A DNA stretch of 64,000 nt from Chloroflexota bacterium (GCA_964291655.2 OZ219801.1:108842-172841), one strand, 5' to 3'; positions 1 through 10,264 are shown, counted from the stretch's first letter. Notes: a model not told the origin generated them from the sequence alone. Numbers and translations are program-made.

Positions 1-426
1 TTCGTTGACGACCCCCGCGATGACACAAGGCAAGAGCGGCTGGTAGAACTCAGCGACTCCGGCGGCGTGTACGACTGCACGCATTGCTTCTTCTGTGTAG
101 AAGTCTGTCCGAAGGGTGTCGCGCCGCTTGAGCGCATCGTGGAGATACGCGAACGCGCCCAAACCGCGGGTGTCACGAATAATGCCGGTACCCGCCATGC
201 CAAAGCCTTTGAAGGGATTATCCGCGACAGCGGCATCCTGGATGAGCCGATGCTCTTGCTGCGCTCGATCGGCATGAATCCGGTGGAGCAAATGAAGAAC
301 GTGCCCGGCGGCGTGCGCCTCTTGCGCGCAGGTAAGCTGCCGTTGGCTTCAGGCCCGTTCCATCACAAGATTCCGGGCCACGGCAATGTACAACGCCTCT
401 TTGAAAAAGTGGAGTCTTCCCAGTGA
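1..426 (+). CDS. sdhB: Succinate dehydrogenase/fumarate reductase iron-sulfur subunit, C-terminal part (5' end lies outside the window)
   Basis: Frame 1 is open from nt 1 (FVDDPRDDTRQERLVELSDSGGVYDCTHCFFCVEVCPKGVAP...). The DPRD..ERL..C-x2-C-x2-C-x3-CP segment is the third Fe-S cluster region of SdhB/FrdB. Its TGA overlaps the next GTG (GTGA at 423-426). Confidence 0.85.
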   Translation, partial: FVDDPRDDTRQERLVELSDSGGVYDCTHCFFCVEVCPKGVAPLERIVEIRERAQTAGVTNNAGTRHAKAFEGIIRDSGILDEPMLLLRSIGMNPVEQMKNVPGGVRLLRAGKLPLASGPFHHKIPGHGNVQRLFEKVESSQ

Positions 427-1313
427 AGTATGCCTTCTTTCCCGGTTGCGTCTCGCGGGGCGCGTGCCCGGAACTCATGCAATCACTCACGGCAGTGGCG
501 GCACACATCGGCATGGAACTGGAACTCATGGAGACCGCTTCGTGCACAGGCGCCGGCGTCATCAGCGAGCGCAATCAAAAACTGGCCGATGCCTTGAATG
601 CCCGCAACTTTGCCTTGGCGGAACAGACCGGTTTGCCGCTCATGAACATTTGCAGCACGTGCCAGGGCGTGATGAGTGGTGTCAATGAGCGACTCAAGGC
701 CAGACCGGAATACCTGGCAGAAATCAATGAGATGCTCGCGGAAGAGGGCTTGTCGTATTCCGGCAGAGCTGAACCACGCAACTTCCTGTGGGTGCTGGTG
801 GAAGACTTCGGCCTGGATAATCTGCGCAAGCTCGTGAAGCGACCTCTATCGGAACTGAATGTCGCTCCCTTCTATGGCTGCTACATTTCGCGCCCGACCG
901 ACATCCTGGGTTACCATGACTTTCCTCAGCGCGGAGTTTACCTTGAAATGATCATAGAGGCATGCGGCGCGACGCCGGTGGACTACTCCGGCAAGAAGAA
1001 GTGCTGTGGTTTCCCTATTATCACTATGAACCGCACGAATTCGCTCAAGATGGCGGGCAATCACGTCGGTGAAGCATCGGAAAAGGGCGCCGACTTTATG
1101 GTCACGCCCTGCCCGCTGTGTCACTTGAACCTGGACGCACAGCAGCCTGACGCCGCCAGAGTTGTACAAACACCCCTCAACTTACCGATTCTGCACCTTT
1201 CACAACTCATCGGCATGGCACTGGGCCTCGACGATGCGGACCTTGGCCTCAATCGCCACGTCATCTCCACCAATCCGGTGCGAGAACGCGTCCACGCGCT
1301 GCCAATGGCATAG
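423..1313 (+). CDS. HdrB-like two-CCG-domain subunit of a non-classical succinate dehydrogenase/fumarate reductase (SdhE-type)
   Basis: 296 aa. Cysteine-rich CCG-type blocks (FFPGCVSRGACPE..ASCTGAG in the first half, FYGCY..KKKCCGFP..TPCPLCHLN in the second), as in heterodisulfide reductase B and SdhE. Translationally coupled to sdhB. Confidence 0.75.
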   Translation: MKYAFFPGCVSRGACPELMQSLTAVAAHIGMELELMETASCTGAGVISERNQKLADALNARNFALAEQTGLPLMNICSTCQGVMSGVNERLKARPEYLAEINEMLAEEGLSYSGRAEPRNFLWVLVEDFGLDNLRKLVKRPLSELNVAPFYGCYISRPTDILGYHDFPQRGVYLEMIIEACGATPVDYSGKKKCCGFPIITMNRTNSLKMAGNHVGEASEKGADFMVTPCPLCHLNLDAQQPDAARVVQTPLNLPILHLSQLIGMALGLDDADLGLNRHVISTNPVRERVHALPMA

Positions 1314-1543
1314 GCGGCATGGGTGCAAACACGTGCCGGTTTGCGCGGCAGACAATGTGGCATATTGCGGCAATGTCTAGGGGTCCGCGAATATCTCCTT
1401 CAAGATCGAGCAATCGTGCCACTCTGGTAATTGTGCGTACTCCCTCTCAACGGTACGTGTGAGACATTACACTCTCGATCAACGCGGTTACGTAAACTCA
1501 ATCCGGCAAGAATAAGCAAAGCGGCAATGGAGGCAATCCAGCT

Positions 1544-2470
1544 ATGCGGAAGAAAGTGACAATCGTCGGTGCGGGTCAGGTTGGCGGATCGTGCGCCCGG
1601 CGGCTTGCCGAGCGCGACTATGCGGACATCGTACTCATTGACATCGTAGAAGGGTTGCCACAAGGCAAGGCGCTCGACATCCTGCAGGCAGCGCCCATAG
1701 TCAATTATGACTCGAAGGTTGTCGGAACCAATCACTACGCCGACACCGCTGGATCAGATGTTGTTGTCATTACAAGCGGCAGCCCGCGCAAACCCGGTAT
1801 GAGCCGCGACGACCTGCTGGCCGTCAATCAGAAAGTAATCACTGCCGTCACAGGGGAGATCGTCAAGCACTCGCCCGACTGCACCATCATCGTCGTCACC
1901 AATCCGGTTGACGCCATGACTCACCTCGCGTGGAAAGTTAGCGGCTTTCCCACAAACCGCGTCGTAGGGCAGGGCGGCGTGCTCGACTCGGCACGGTATC
2001 GCACGTTTCTCGCTCAGGAACTCGGCGTATCTATGCGCGACATCACCGGCTACGTGCTCGGCGGCCACGGCGACCAAATGGTCCCCTTGCCCCGCTACAC
2101 GAGTGTCTCCGGCAAGCCGGTTTCGGATTTCATCGCGCCCGATAGACTGGAAGAAATAATCCAACGCACGCGCGACGGCGGCGCCGAAATTGTAAACCTC
2201 CTCAAGATTGGCAGCGCCTATGAAGCGCCGGGGGCCGCGCTGGTGGAGATGATCGACGCCATTCTGCTCGATCAGAAGAGAGTCTTGCCGTGCGCGGCGT
2301 ACCTCGAGGGGGAGTACGGCATTAGCGGCGTCTACGTCGGCGTTCTCATACAACTTGGCGCCGGTGGCGTAGAGAGCATCGTGGAGCTCGATCTCACCGC
2401 AGACGAAAGCGCCATGCTCAACCAATCCGCGGACGCTGTACGTGAGTTAGTGGACGTGATGGGCTTTTAG
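1544..2470 (+). CDS. mdh: Malate dehydrogenase, NAD-dependent (LDH-like MDH family)
   Basis: 308 aa. Rossmann GAGQVGG at the N-terminus. Blocks ITSGSPRKPGMSRDDL, VVTNPVD and GGHGDQMVP are typical of LDH-like malate dehydrogenases. Confidence 0.9.
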   Translation: MRKKVTIVGAGQVGGSCARRLAERDYADIVLIDIVEGLPQGKALDILQAAPIVNYDSKVVGTNHYADTAGSDVVVITSGSPRKPGMSRDDLLAVNQKVITAVTGEIVKHSPDCTIIVVTNPVDAMTHLAWKVSGFPTNRVVGQGGVLDSARYRTFLAQELGVSMRDITGYVLGGHGDQMVPLPRYTSVSGKPVSDFIAPDRLEEIIQRTRDGGAEIVNLLKIGSAYEAPGAALVEMIDAILLDQKRVLPCAAYLEGEYGISGVYVGVLIQLGAGGVESIVELDLTADESAMLNQSADAVRELVDVMGF

Positions 2471-2531
2471 GCGGCTACTTTTGCGCCAACTCTCGCATGG
2501 AGATTGCAGCTCTTCGTACCCTCCACAGTCT

Positions 2532-2558
2532 CCGGTAGCGCAGGTTTGCAACCTGCGC
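2532..2558. repeat. REP-like hairpin, family A (ccggtagcgcaggtttgcaacctgcgc)
   Basis: Perfect 9-bp stem gcgcaggtt/aacctgcgc with loop tgc. Lies in the convergent spacer between mdh and the LCP gene. Near-identical copies at 16381, 26967 and in the tandem array 39661-39829. Confidence 0.9.
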
Positions 2559-2658
2559 ATACTTGGCACAAGTCGGCACGTGCGTGCAGTCCCTCTACTG
2601 CGACCGAACGAGGCAAGCTGCCCAATCCGGACCGGATGGTGTCCCGGGCCGAGGTAGA

Positions 2659-3618
2659 CTAGGGTAATGCCGTCCGAGCAACCTGCGGCGCTTCTTCAGC
2701 AAGCGAGGCTATACGCTCACGCAAGACCGCCTGTATGCCAACAAGATCCGGTTCGAGGACAAACATCCCATTGATTTCTTGTGGACTTACCAGTCCCGAC
2801 GCCTCGTCTATCGCGTAGGTGTCTATACTGTCGGCATCCACGTTGCTGGCAAACCTGGCCAGGAGTACTAACGTTTGTAGCGAGATGTTGGTGTTCACCG
2901 TGTGACGGAAGTCATTGTAGAGCGCGGGTAAACGAAGCAAGGTACGCGGCGTTAGCGCCTGTGCCTTGAGCGCGTACATTACCTGCTGCTGCCGGTACAT
3001 ACGCCCAAAGTCGCCGGTAGGACTGGACTTACGCGTCCGCGCATACTTCAATGCGGTTTCACCATCGAGGTGCTGCACACCGGCATTGAGCACGAACGGC
3101 TCGTAGCTGATGCCATCCGCCGCCGGAAACTGCATGTCAGAAATGTCAGCTGGCACATCAATGGTGACACCGCCGAGCGTATCGACAATGCGCGCAAAAC
3201 CGGAAAAGTTCACTACCGCATAGTAGGGAATGTTCACACCGAGGACGTGCTCAAGTTTGGCGCGTGCAAGTTCGGCGCCGCCATGCGCGTAGGCAGCGTT
3301 GATGCGCTGCGGCTGCGGAAGCCCGTCGAGGCTCACGCGCAGGTCCCGCGGCACAGACGTCAGCAGCACGCGCTTGTGGTCCACGTCGATGCTGAGCATG
3401 GCAATGGAATCGCTGCGCCCCGACAGCGCGTCCCACGAATCCACGCCAAGGAGAAGGACGTTTACAATCTGAGGGCTCTCCTCAGCACGCTCATCAATTG
3501 ACTCCACCGCCTGATCGGATTTGGATACGCTGGCTACTGTCGCGCACCCCGCAAGCATGCCGGTGAGGAGAAAGAGGCAAAGCAATTTCATCCAGCGTTC
3601 CGTCCGCGTTCGCCTCAT
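2659..3618 (-). CDS. LytR-CpsA-Psr (LCP) family cell-envelope phosphotransferase
   Basis: 319 aa. N-terminal signal/lipobox-like LTGMLAGCA. LCP core blocks NVLLLGVDS, GRSDSIAMLSID and LTSVPRDL. Confidence 0.85.
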   Translation of the reverse strand: MRRTRTERWMKLLCLFLLTGMLAGCATVASVSKSDQAVESIDERAEESPQIVNVLLLGVDSWDALSGRSDSIAMLSIDVDHKRVLLTSVPRDLRVSLDGLPQPQRINAAYAHGGAELARAKLEHVLGVNIPYYAVVNFSGFARIVDTLGGVTIDVPADISDMQFPAADGISYEPFVLNAGVQHLDGETALKYARTRKSSPTGDFGRMYRQQQVMYALKAQALTPRTLLRLPALYNDFRHTVNTNISLQTLVLLARFASNVDADSIDTYAIDEASGLVSPQEINGMFVLEPDLVGIQAVLRERIASLAEEAPQVARTALP

Positions 3619-3935
3619 CCGCTGATTCTCTCCTACGCGCTCTGCCGCTGATACGAGACACTTTCTCTATCATGACCCAATAAAGTGAAGGCTGTATGAG
3701 TTTTCAGCAATCCGCGCCCGCATCTTCACCAATGAGTAAATGCGGGGTAGCGCCCGCCCGAACACAAGCCCGCGCAGACTGCACCGTTGCGGCATGTCGA
3801 TGGCGCTTGGCAAGCCTAGCACACACGTATCATGTGCGCCAATTAGCCTTTCTCCACTTCGGAGCGTGCAAAGATGAAACTGCACGTGGCTCGGAGTATG
3901 ATTGTGCTAAGTAAAATGTTAACAGGATCTTCAGA

Positions 3936-5387
3936 GTGACTATCTCCATACAGCACATCGACCTCAACGTCCTCAATATGAAGACGCGCATGCCGTTTCG
4001 CTACGGTATAGCCTCTTTAGAGTCCGTCCCTCACCTCTTTCTGCGCGTGACGGCAAAAATTGGCGGTGCAACGGCTATGGGAGTCTCAGCCGAAGGCCTG
4101 CCGCCGAAATGGTTTACGAAGAACCCTGACACGTCCTTTGCCGAAGACCTCGACGAGATGCTTACAGTGATCCGGCAAGCGGTGACGTTTGCGCTGGATT
4201 CACCAGCGGCGAGTAGCCCATTCGACCTGTGGCAAGGGATTTTCCAACGCCAATCGACATGGGCAGCCGAGACTGATTACCCACCCCTCCTATGGGGGTT
4301 TGGCGTAAGCATGGTTGAGCGGGCATTGATCGACGCTTTCTGCCGCGCTACCGGGAGAACTCTTGCGCAGGCCATGCGAGACAACTCACTCGGGGTCCGC
4401 CTCGATGCCCTTCATGGAGAACTCAGCGGATACGAACCTGCTGACCTACTGCCAAAACACGCCAATCGCACGATGATCATTCGGCATACTGTCGGCTTGG
4501 CCGATCCGCTAACCGACAGCGAGGTCCCGCAAGATGAGCGCCTGACCGACGGCTTGCCGCAATCGTTAGAGGCAAGCGTGCAATTCTATGGTCTTACCCA
4601 TCTCAAGATCAAGCTATCGGGCGACACCGACGTTGATGTCGAGCGCTTGCAGCGCATTGCCCGGATTGTGGAAACCCACGCGTCCGCTGGCTATGCCCAT
4701 ACTTTGGACGGCAACGAGTTCTATACGGAAGTGGGTCCGTTTCAGCGTTTCTGGGAGACGATTCAGTCCGAGTCTACGCTCCGCTCCTTCCTCGATCGTG
4801 CGCTCTTCGTGGAGCAGCCGTTCCATCGAGACGTAGCTCTAAGTGATTCCGTACGTTTGGATCTCCAGCGGTGGCACGGCCGGCCCCCATTGATCATCGA
4901 TGAGTCAGATGGGGAGTTGAACAGCATCGCCGCTGCGCTGGATTGCGGCTATGCCGGCGGCAGTCACAAGAACTGCAAGGGTGTCTTTCGCGGGATCGCG
5001 AATGCCTGCTTGCTCGAGCACTACCGGCAGCACAATCCCAAGCAGGCCTACATCTTAAGCAGTGAGGACCTTTGCAGTGTGGGTCCGGTTGCCATGATCC
5101 AAGACCTCACTGTGGCAGCGAACCTGGGAATCGACCACGCGGAACGCAACGGACATCACTATTTTGCGGGGCTCAGCATGTATCCGCAGCGCGTCCAGGC
5201 GCACGTGCTGGCAAACCACGGCACGATTTATCGCCGTCACGATGAGGGGTTTCCGGCGCTCGACGTGCGCGACGGTCGGGTGGACGTATCGAGTATCGTG
5301 GACGCGCCGTTCGGGTACGGCTTTGACCTCGATACGGCACAGTTCACACCTCTGGACGAATGGAACGTAGATTCCTTGGAAGACTGA
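3936..5387 (+). CDS. Enolase-superfamily enzyme (mandelate racemase/muconate lactonizing enzyme-like), substrate unknown
   Basis: 483 aa, GTG start. Catalytic pattern in the canonical order: K-x-K (HLKIKLSG), then metal ligands D (TLDGNE), E (FVEQPF) and D/E (LIIDESD). Longer than typical family members. Confidence 0.6.
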   Translation: MTISIQHIDLNVLNMKTRMPFRYGIASLESVPHLFLRVTAKIGGATAMGVSAEGLPPKWFTKNPDTSFAEDLDEMLTVIRQAVTFALDSPAASSPFDLWQGIFQRQSTWAAETDYPPLLWGFGVSMVERALIDAFCRATGRTLAQAMRDNSLGVRLDALHGELSGYEPADLLPKHANRTMIIRHTVGLADPLTDSEVPQDERLTDGLPQSLEASVQFYGLTHLKIKLSGDTDVDVERLQRIARIVETHASAGYAHTLDGNEFYTEVGPFQRFWETIQSESTLRSFLDRALFVEQPFHRDVALSDSVRLDLQRWHGRPPLIIDESDGELNSIAAALDCGYAGGSHKNCKGVFRGIANACLLEHYRQHNPKQAYILSSEDLCSVGPVAMIQDLTVAANLGIDHAERNGHHYFAGLSMYPQRVQAHVLANHGTIYRRHDEGFPALDVRDGRVDVSSIVDAPFGYGFDLDTAQFTPLDEWNVDSLED

Positions 5388-5418
5388 GCCGGTGTCGAGA
5401 ATTGTCGGTATCCTGCCG

Positions 5419-5841
5419 CTAGCCCCCTTCCTGAGCAAGGAGCAGGATGTGCCCGTTGCAGTCTTCGATTTCGAATTCGCGCAGCCCCCATGGCTTCTTG
5501 ACCGGACCGTCCTCGTACTCCGGTCTAATCGTGACTCCTCTCCGCCGGTACTCTGCGAACAGCTCATCGATCAGCACACAGTGAATATACGTGTATCCAG
5601 CCGTAGTCGGTTCAGTGCCGTGGCGGCGACGGTAGCCGGTGAAACGCATACGCTGCACGCTCTTGCCTCCCCCGCCGCCTATTGAGACTCGAGCATGACC
5701 CCCACGCGCCATATCCACAAAGTCGAGCGTAAAGCCTAGAATCTCGCAGTACCACGACGCGGTTGCTTCAACATCTGCTACTTCTAGCACTGGCTGGATG
5801 CCATAGAAGCGATATCTCTCTGCATCGATGGGAGCTTTCAT
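5419..5841 (-). CDS. VOC (glyoxalase/bleomycin-resistance/dioxygenase) family protein
   Basis: 140 aa. Pattern PVLEVADVEATASWYCEILGF ... WGLREFEIEDCNGHILLL is typical of the paired beta-alpha-beta-beta-beta VOC fold. Confidence 0.7.
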   Translation of the reverse strand: MKAPIDAERYRFYGIQPVLEVADVEATASWYCEILGFTLDFVDMARGGHARVSIGGGGGKSVQRMRFTGYRRRHGTEPTTAGYTYIHCVLIDELFAEYRRRGVTIRPEYEDGPVKKPWGLREFEIEDCNGHILLLAQEGG

Positions 5842-5895
5842 AGGACTTCCTTGGAGTTCTTGACTGGATCGACACGCCCAGCTCTAAGGTACCCT

Positions 5896-6972
5896 CTACG
5901 GTTGGAACGGCTTCCCCAGCCGGATGACGCGTTCCGCTCGTGCGTACCAGCCTTGGGGAGCAAAGTCGGACGTGTGTAGGTAGCACTGCACGCGCACTTC
6001 ATCGCTGCCCGCGGTAAAGGTGAGAAGCCGGCTCATCGGCAACGTTGTGCGTCCAGCGTGGTGGCGCGCGAGCGCAGCGCAGTTGATGAAGTTCACGTCC
6101 CATTTCCGTTCAATGTGCGACCGTCCGCCATGCCGGTCGTCAGGATGGGTGTGCGTATGGCCGCCGAGCCAAAGGTCGATCGCCCCCGGCCGCTCTGCCA
6201 GGTATCGCTCGAATGCCTGGGCGTCCGGGTGTTCATCCAAGAAGTACAAGTACGAAGCCCCTGCCGGCCCGCCGTCGGCAAAGTAGCCGTGGTAGTGCCC
6301 GCGCCATGCGCCGCTCTCATCCTTGCGGTAACCTTCCCAGGGCCCTGAAGCCACCGTAGTTTCCTTGAGCATGTGGTGATGTGCGGAAACTATGATGCAA
6401 TCTGGATTTGACTCTACAATTTCACGCCACCAGGTGAAAGTCTCGCCGGTCACCGCTCCCGATGGGTAGCCTCCACCGCTTGGATTGCGTCCCACCGGTG
6501 GCGGCAAATCGTTGCGGTCGCCCATCATGAGAAAGAGCATGTTGCCGACACGAATTGCATACCGCTCCCACGTTCCCTCGATGGGATACGGTCGCTGCGC
6601 CGCGTTCACCCCGGAGAACTGACGACTTTCACCCGTGGGGTCAACCCACTTGCGGAACCACCATTGGGTCGGTTCCGCATGGAACGTAGCATCATGGTTG
6701 CCCACCAGGTTGTAAAAGTGCTCGCGTCGGTGGTGTTGCGCCGCGCCGAACTGGCGCACAACTTCCTCACCTTCCGCATCGTCAGGCGAGCCTTGATTGC
6801 CGGAGAGGTCGCCGAGATGCAGCATGATGTCCCAGTGAAACGTCGGTCCTCCTTCAGCTCCGCCAAACTCCGACTGCCGAATCGCCTCGGCCAAGCTTTC
6901 GCGGCCAAACCTCTTGTCTGTGCCTACATGCGCGCAGCCGGTAGCCCAAACTGAAAATGTCTCCACTGGCAT
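5896..6972 (-). CDS. Metallophosphoesterase (calcineurin-like)
   Basis: Motifs GDLSGN, GNHD, SAHHH and GGHTHTH in the canonical order. ATG at 6972 (MPVETF...) preferred over the upstream track start at 7023. Confidence 0.75.
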   Translation of the reverse strand: MPVETFSVWATGCAHVGTDKRFGRESLAEAIRQSEFGGAEGGPTFHWDIMLHLGDLSGNQGSPDDAEGEEVVRQFGAAQHHRREHFYNLVGNHDATFHAEPTQWWFRKWVDPTGESRQFSGVNAAQRPYPIEGTWERYAIRVGNMLFLMMGDRNDLPPPVGRNPSGGGYPSGAVTGETFTWWREIVESNPDCIIVSAHHHMLKETTVASGPWEGYRKDESGAWRGHYHGYFADGGPAGASYLYFLDEHPDAQAFERYLAERPGAIDLWLGGHTHTHPDDRHGGRSHIERKWDVNFINCAALARHHAGRTTLPMSRLLTFTAGSDEVRVQCYLHTSDFAPQGWYARAERVIRLGKPFQP

Positions 6973-7331
6973 GTGCTTTCCTTCATTTTCCGCAAGCAAG
7001 GGAATTTGAAACTGTGCACCCATTCAGGCCATTATGTAAATATGACTTCGCCGGGCCGGTGCGGCGGGAGCGTGCCTACACTGCGTACTCTTCCACCTTC
7101 TAGTGTTCGAGCGCGCTGCACACCAGCATCTCAATGGTAAACACAACCCATCGAGGCCGCAAAGACATCCCATCTGAGAATCGCTATCATAAAGGGCAGC
7201 AACTTAGCTGCAAGATGCACAGCTAGACACAAGGGTAAGATCCCTCACCCCCGCAGATCGGGTGCGGCATGAGTTCAGAATCTTCGATCGGGCATTCCGC
7301 CCGAATCCATAGCGACACGCAGGGAGGATGG

Positions 7332-8891
7332 ATGGGAGGCAAGTTTCTCTCAATCGATCAGGCGGTATGGCTCATCCAGGATGGCGCTGCCATTGGCGTG
7401 GGCGGATTCGTCGGTATCGGACATCCGGAGGCGCTTTCCGCGGCAGTAGAGCGGCGCTTCTTGCAGACCGGAGAACCACGGAATTTGACGCTCATGTATG
7501 GCGCCGGGCAGGGCGACCGCGAGACGCGCGGCCTCAACCACTTTGGCCACGAGGGGCTTGTCAAGCGTATTATCGGCGGTCACTGGGGTCTGGCGCCGAA
7601 GTTGTGCCAGCTCGTCCTCGACGGCAAGATTGAAGGTTACAATTTTCCCCAGGGCGTCATCATTCATCTCTTTCGCGACACCGCCGCGGGCAAGCCCGGC
7701 ACGATTACCCACGTTGGCCTTCACACGTTTGTAGACCCGCGTCAGGAAGGGGGACGGGTCAACCCAGCCTCCACACCCGACCAATTGGTGCAACTTTTAG
7801 AATTGAACGGAAAAGAGCACCTCTTCTATCCGCGCATTCAACTGGACGTCGGATTCATACGGGGCACCACTGCCGATCCCGACGGCAACATCAGCATGGA
7901 ACGCGAAGCCGTGTACGGCGAGATGCTCAGTGTGGCTCAGGCTGTGCATAACTGTGGCGGCACCGTAATCGCGCAGGTAGAGCGCACGATATCCACTCCC
8001 TTGCCCACACGCGAGATCAAGATTCCCGGCATTCTGGTAGATGTCGTAGCGGTGGCCGACCCGGCCGAGCACTGGCAGACGTTTAGTGAAGACTTCAATC
8101 CAGCGTACGTCTCAGAGACCCGCGGTGAGGCGCCGGAGTTCCCTCCGCATGTCCTCGATGAACGCAAGATTATCGCCCGCCGGGCCGCAATTGAGCTGCA
8201 AAAGGGAGACATTGTAAACCTTGGCATTGGCTTGCCGGAGAGTGTGGCAGCGGTAGCCGCGGAAGAAAGCATCATTGCTGACCTTGTGATGACTGTTGAA
8301 AGCGGCGCGATTGGGGGCATTCCGGCCGGCGGTCTCTCTTTTGGAGCTTCGTTTATGCCCACGGCGCTGATCGACACGCCTTACATGTTCGACTTTTATG
8401 ACGGCGGGGGGCTGGATATCGCCTGCTTAGGCGCAGCGCAGATTGATGCCGCCGGCAACGTAAACGTCAGCCGTTTTGGGGGCGTCATCCCGGGCGCAGG
8501 CGGCTTTGTGAACATAAGCCACAATGCCAAACGCATCGTATTCTGCGGCACGTTCACGGCTGGCGGTCTGGAGGTCATGATCCAAGACGACGCACTGCAA
8601 ATCGCCCGCGAAGGCAAACACCCGAAGCTGGTGCAAGCGGTCGAGCAAATCACCTTCAACGGTGCCTACGCACGCTCGCTGGGGCGCGCCATAACGTACG
8701 TTACCGAGCGTGCAGTCTTTACACTCACAGATCAGGGACTTACCCTCACGGAGATTGCACCCGGCGTGGATCTGGAAAGAGACCTGCTCGCACACATGGC
8801 TTTTCGGCCTCATATCTCTCCCGATCTGTGCCCTATGGATTTACGCCTCTTCCGCGTAGAGCCCATGGGCCTGGCCGAGAAGTTCAGATAG
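7332..8891 (+). CDS. Family-I CoA-transferase (acetate/propionate CoA-transferase, YdiF/Pct-like)
   Basis: About 520 aa, two-domain length. N-terminal GVGGFVGIGHPEAL block. ATG 7332 is preceded by GGGAGG; the track start 7269 is the alternative. Confidence 0.75.
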   Translation: MGGKFLSIDQAVWLIQDGAAIGVGGFVGIGHPEALSAAVERRFLQTGEPRNLTLMYGAGQGDRETRGLNHFGHEGLVKRIIGGHWGLAPKLCQLVLDGKIEGYNFPQGVIIHLFRDTAAGKPGTITHVGLHTFVDPRQEGGRVNPASTPDQLVQLLELNGKEHLFYPRIQLDVGFIRGTTADPDGNISMEREAVYGEMLSVAQAVHNCGGTVIAQVERTISTPLPTREIKIPGILVDVVAVADPAEHWQTFSEDFNPAYVSETRGEAPEFPPHVLDERKIIARRAAIELQKGDIVNLGIGLPESVAAVAAEESIIADLVMTVESGAIGGIPAGGLSFGASFMPTALIDTPYMFDFYDGGGLDIACLGAAQIDAAGNVNVSRFGGVIPGAGGFVNISHNAKRIVFCGTFTAGGLEVMIQDDALQIAREGKHPKLVQAVEQITFNGAYARSLGRAITYVTERAVFTLTDQGLTLTEIAPGVDLERDLLAHMAFRPHISPDLCPMDLRLFRVEPMGLAEKFR

Positions 8892-8914
8892 CCAGAAGTC
8901 GTCTTGTTGCAGTC

Positions 8915-9739
8915 ATGGGGAATCTCTTGGGTCTCGAGGCGGATAAAGCTCTTCTACAGGGAAAGCACATCAAGGGGCTCTTGCTCGACCTGGACGGTAC
9001 GCTCTACTTCAAAGGTGTGCAGATTCCGCGCGCCGACCAGGCTCTCGTTGCGCTCAGAGAGATGGGAATTCGGGTGTGTTTCCTTACAAATATCGACTCG
9101 AAAACCGCGAGTACCATCCATCGCGAGTTAGCTGCAATGGGCTTGGCGATTGAGAAAGAGACGATATTCAGTGCCGCCAGCGCCGGAGTGCGTTTCTTGA
9201 TGCAGCGCCCTGACAAGCGCAGCTATTGTCTGGTCTCAAACGAATTGGCCGCCGAGTTTGCACCTTTTCTTGCCGGTGAGGGTGCCGTAGACTATGTAAT
9301 TGTCGGAGACTTTCGCGATTCCGTAAGTTACGAAGTCCTCAACACGGCCTTCCGCCATGTCATGGAAGGCGCTGAGATCATAGCTCTACAAAAGGGTAGG
9401 TACTTCGTGAACACTGAAGGTAAAAACCTGGATACGGGAGCCTTCGTGCAGCTCTTGGAGTATGGCTCCGGCAAGACTGCCAGAGTCCTTGGGAAGCCGT
9501 CACCGGACTTCTTCAGAATGGCAGCAGCGCAGGTTGGATGCTCTCCCGAGGAAATCGCCGTTGTGGGAGATGACGTGACTACTGACATCGTTGGAGCACG
9601 TGCGCTAGGCGCGCTGAGTGTGCTGGTCCGCACAGGAAAGTACTCAGATGAGACTCTGGCGTGCTCCGCCGTCAAGCCCAATCTGATTGTAGATTCCATC
9701 GCCGACGTGCCACAGCTTCTTGCTGAGATTGCACGATGA
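8915..9739 (+). CDS. HAD-superfamily hydrolase, subfamily IIA-like
   Basis: DxDGT nucleophile motif (LLLDLDGTLY) and the C-terminal VVGDDVTTDIVGA motif. ATG 8915 chosen because the track start 8828 overlaps the preceding gene. Confidence 0.75.
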   Translation: MGNLLGLEADKALLQGKHIKGLLLDLDGTLYFKGVQIPRADQALVALREMGIRVCFLTNIDSKTASTIHRELAAMGLAIEKETIFSAASAGVRFLMQRPDKRSYCLVSNELAAEFAPFLAGEGAVDYVIVGDFRDSVSYEVLNTAFRHVMEGAEIIALQKGRYFVNTEGKNLDTGAFVQLLEYGSGKTARVLGKPSPDFFRMAAAQVGCSPEEIAVVGDDVTTDIVGARALGALSVLVRTGKYSDETLACSAVKPNLIVDSIADVPQLLAEIAR

Positions 9740-9888
9740 AGGGTGCGCAAGCGCGCACAGCCGTAAGCACATGGGCTTCTTTCAGTAGGAATCATTGCGA
9801 GCAGACCATGGATTCAAGGGAGGCAACAAGCAAACAGTTCAGAACTAGCAGACCCTGACTTGATAGAATCGAAAGGCTGCATCTTGTA

Positions 9889-9978
9889 TTATTCCGAGCG
9901 CAGCGTCGAACAGGGTTCGCGGAATCTCGAAGTCCTCGCACCCTAGATTCTTCGTCGCTGCGCTCCTCAGAATGACAG
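9889..9978. repeat. MITE/REP-like palindromic element, family E (copy 1)
   Basis: Read on the minus strand it starts ctgtcattctgaggagcgcagcgacgaagaatc and ends agattccgcgaaccctgttcgacgctgcgctcggaat. The same termini occur in the copy at 36795-36928. The small ORFs here (HSEERSDEES..) are translations of the repeat. Confidence 0.8.
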
Positions 9979-10230
9979 ATTGTCGAACTGCGTCGGGCGT
10001 GCACCTGTGCGGCGTTTCGCAAGTTCGCACGGTGTAAGTCAAATTCTACTTACTTGAGAACTGATCCTATGAATAGAGGGAGTCTTGAATATCGGATACA
10101 TGGGGCACACCCTTAGGATGAATGTTTTCACTCCCCGGGGAGACCATGCGTGAATCCGACCAGAGGCAAGCTAAATGCTCACTCTCTCTGGGAAGTACAC
10201 TGCAAAACCCAAACCTGTTGGCGAGGAAAC

Positions 10231-10264
10231 CCCCTCTCCCTTGAGTGAGGGTTGGGGTGAGGGG
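10231..10264. repeat. REP-like element, family C (ccctctcc..gagggttggggtgagggg)
   Basis: ccccctctcccttgagtgagggttggggtgagggg. An inverted copy lies at 19328-19360 (cccctcaccccaaccctctccccgaggagaggg). Confidence 0.8.
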
